A stretch of 64,000 bases of DNA from Octopus bimaculoides (taxonomy: Eukaryota), in the NCBI RefSeq assembly GCF_001194135.2, contig NC_068983.1, positions 70,807,878-70,871,877 on the forward strand. Direction: 5' to 3'. Under the pieces are notes generated by a model, which saw only the letters and a list, made by a program, of their open reading frames with translations, was not told where the DNA came from and searched no databases. The position numbers and the translations under genes were made by a program. This document shows positions 63,725-64,000 of the stretch, in pieces; position 1 is the first letter of the stretch, and each line of letters starts with the position of its first letter.

Positions 63725-64000
63725 ATATATAGGAGAAGCACTCCGTCGGTTACGACGACGAGGGTCTCAGCTGATACGATCGTGAAATTAGCGTGCAAAT
63801 GACTGAACAATTCACAGACACGTGTACCCCTAACGTAGTTCTTAGAGAGACTCAGCGTGACACATAGCGTGACAAGGCCGGCCCTTTGAAATACTGAGTG
63901 GACTGGAGCAACGTGAAATAAAGTATCTTGCTCAAGGACACAACGCGTCGCCGGGAATCGAACTCACTATCGTGAGCCGAATGCCCTAACCACTAAGCCA
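63725..64000 (-). mobile_element. tRNA-derived SINE related to family C; head runs off the window end
   Basis: Minus strand tggcttagtggttagggcattcggctcacgatagtgagttcgattcccggcgacgcgttgtgtccttgagcaagatactttatttcacgttgctccagtcc. Confidence 0.8.

Overview
AT-rich, microsatellite-dense metazoan genomic DNA with 12 N-gaps, most of them flanked by (TA)n or similar repeats. The SINE families and repeat style resemble octopus (cephalopod) DNA; this is recognition, not a search result. I found no convincing host protein-coding exon, so the window looks intergenic or deep intronic. Nearly all ORF-track entries are microsatellite or N artefacts, or pieces of decayed transposons. Identifiable content: a full-length decayed mariner with both TIRs; three further Tc1/mariner-family fragments; a Ty3/Gypsy gag relic; CR1-like, RTE-like, RLE-type (R4-like) and L1/Tx1-like LINE relics; Penelope-like RT and GIY-YIG relics; and three tRNA-derived SINE families. 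The most interesting signal is a set of hammerhead-ribozyme motifs in Penelope-type terminal-repeat sequence. One of them, at 11370-11432, has a complete catalytic core and perfect stems I and III, but its three strands are in a non-circularly permuted (pseudoknotted) order. Also notable are a ~110-bp-arm foldback, an 8x13-bp minisatellite inside a Tc1 GRPR motif, and two head-to-tail LINE derivatives that keep ORF1 but lack EN/RT.
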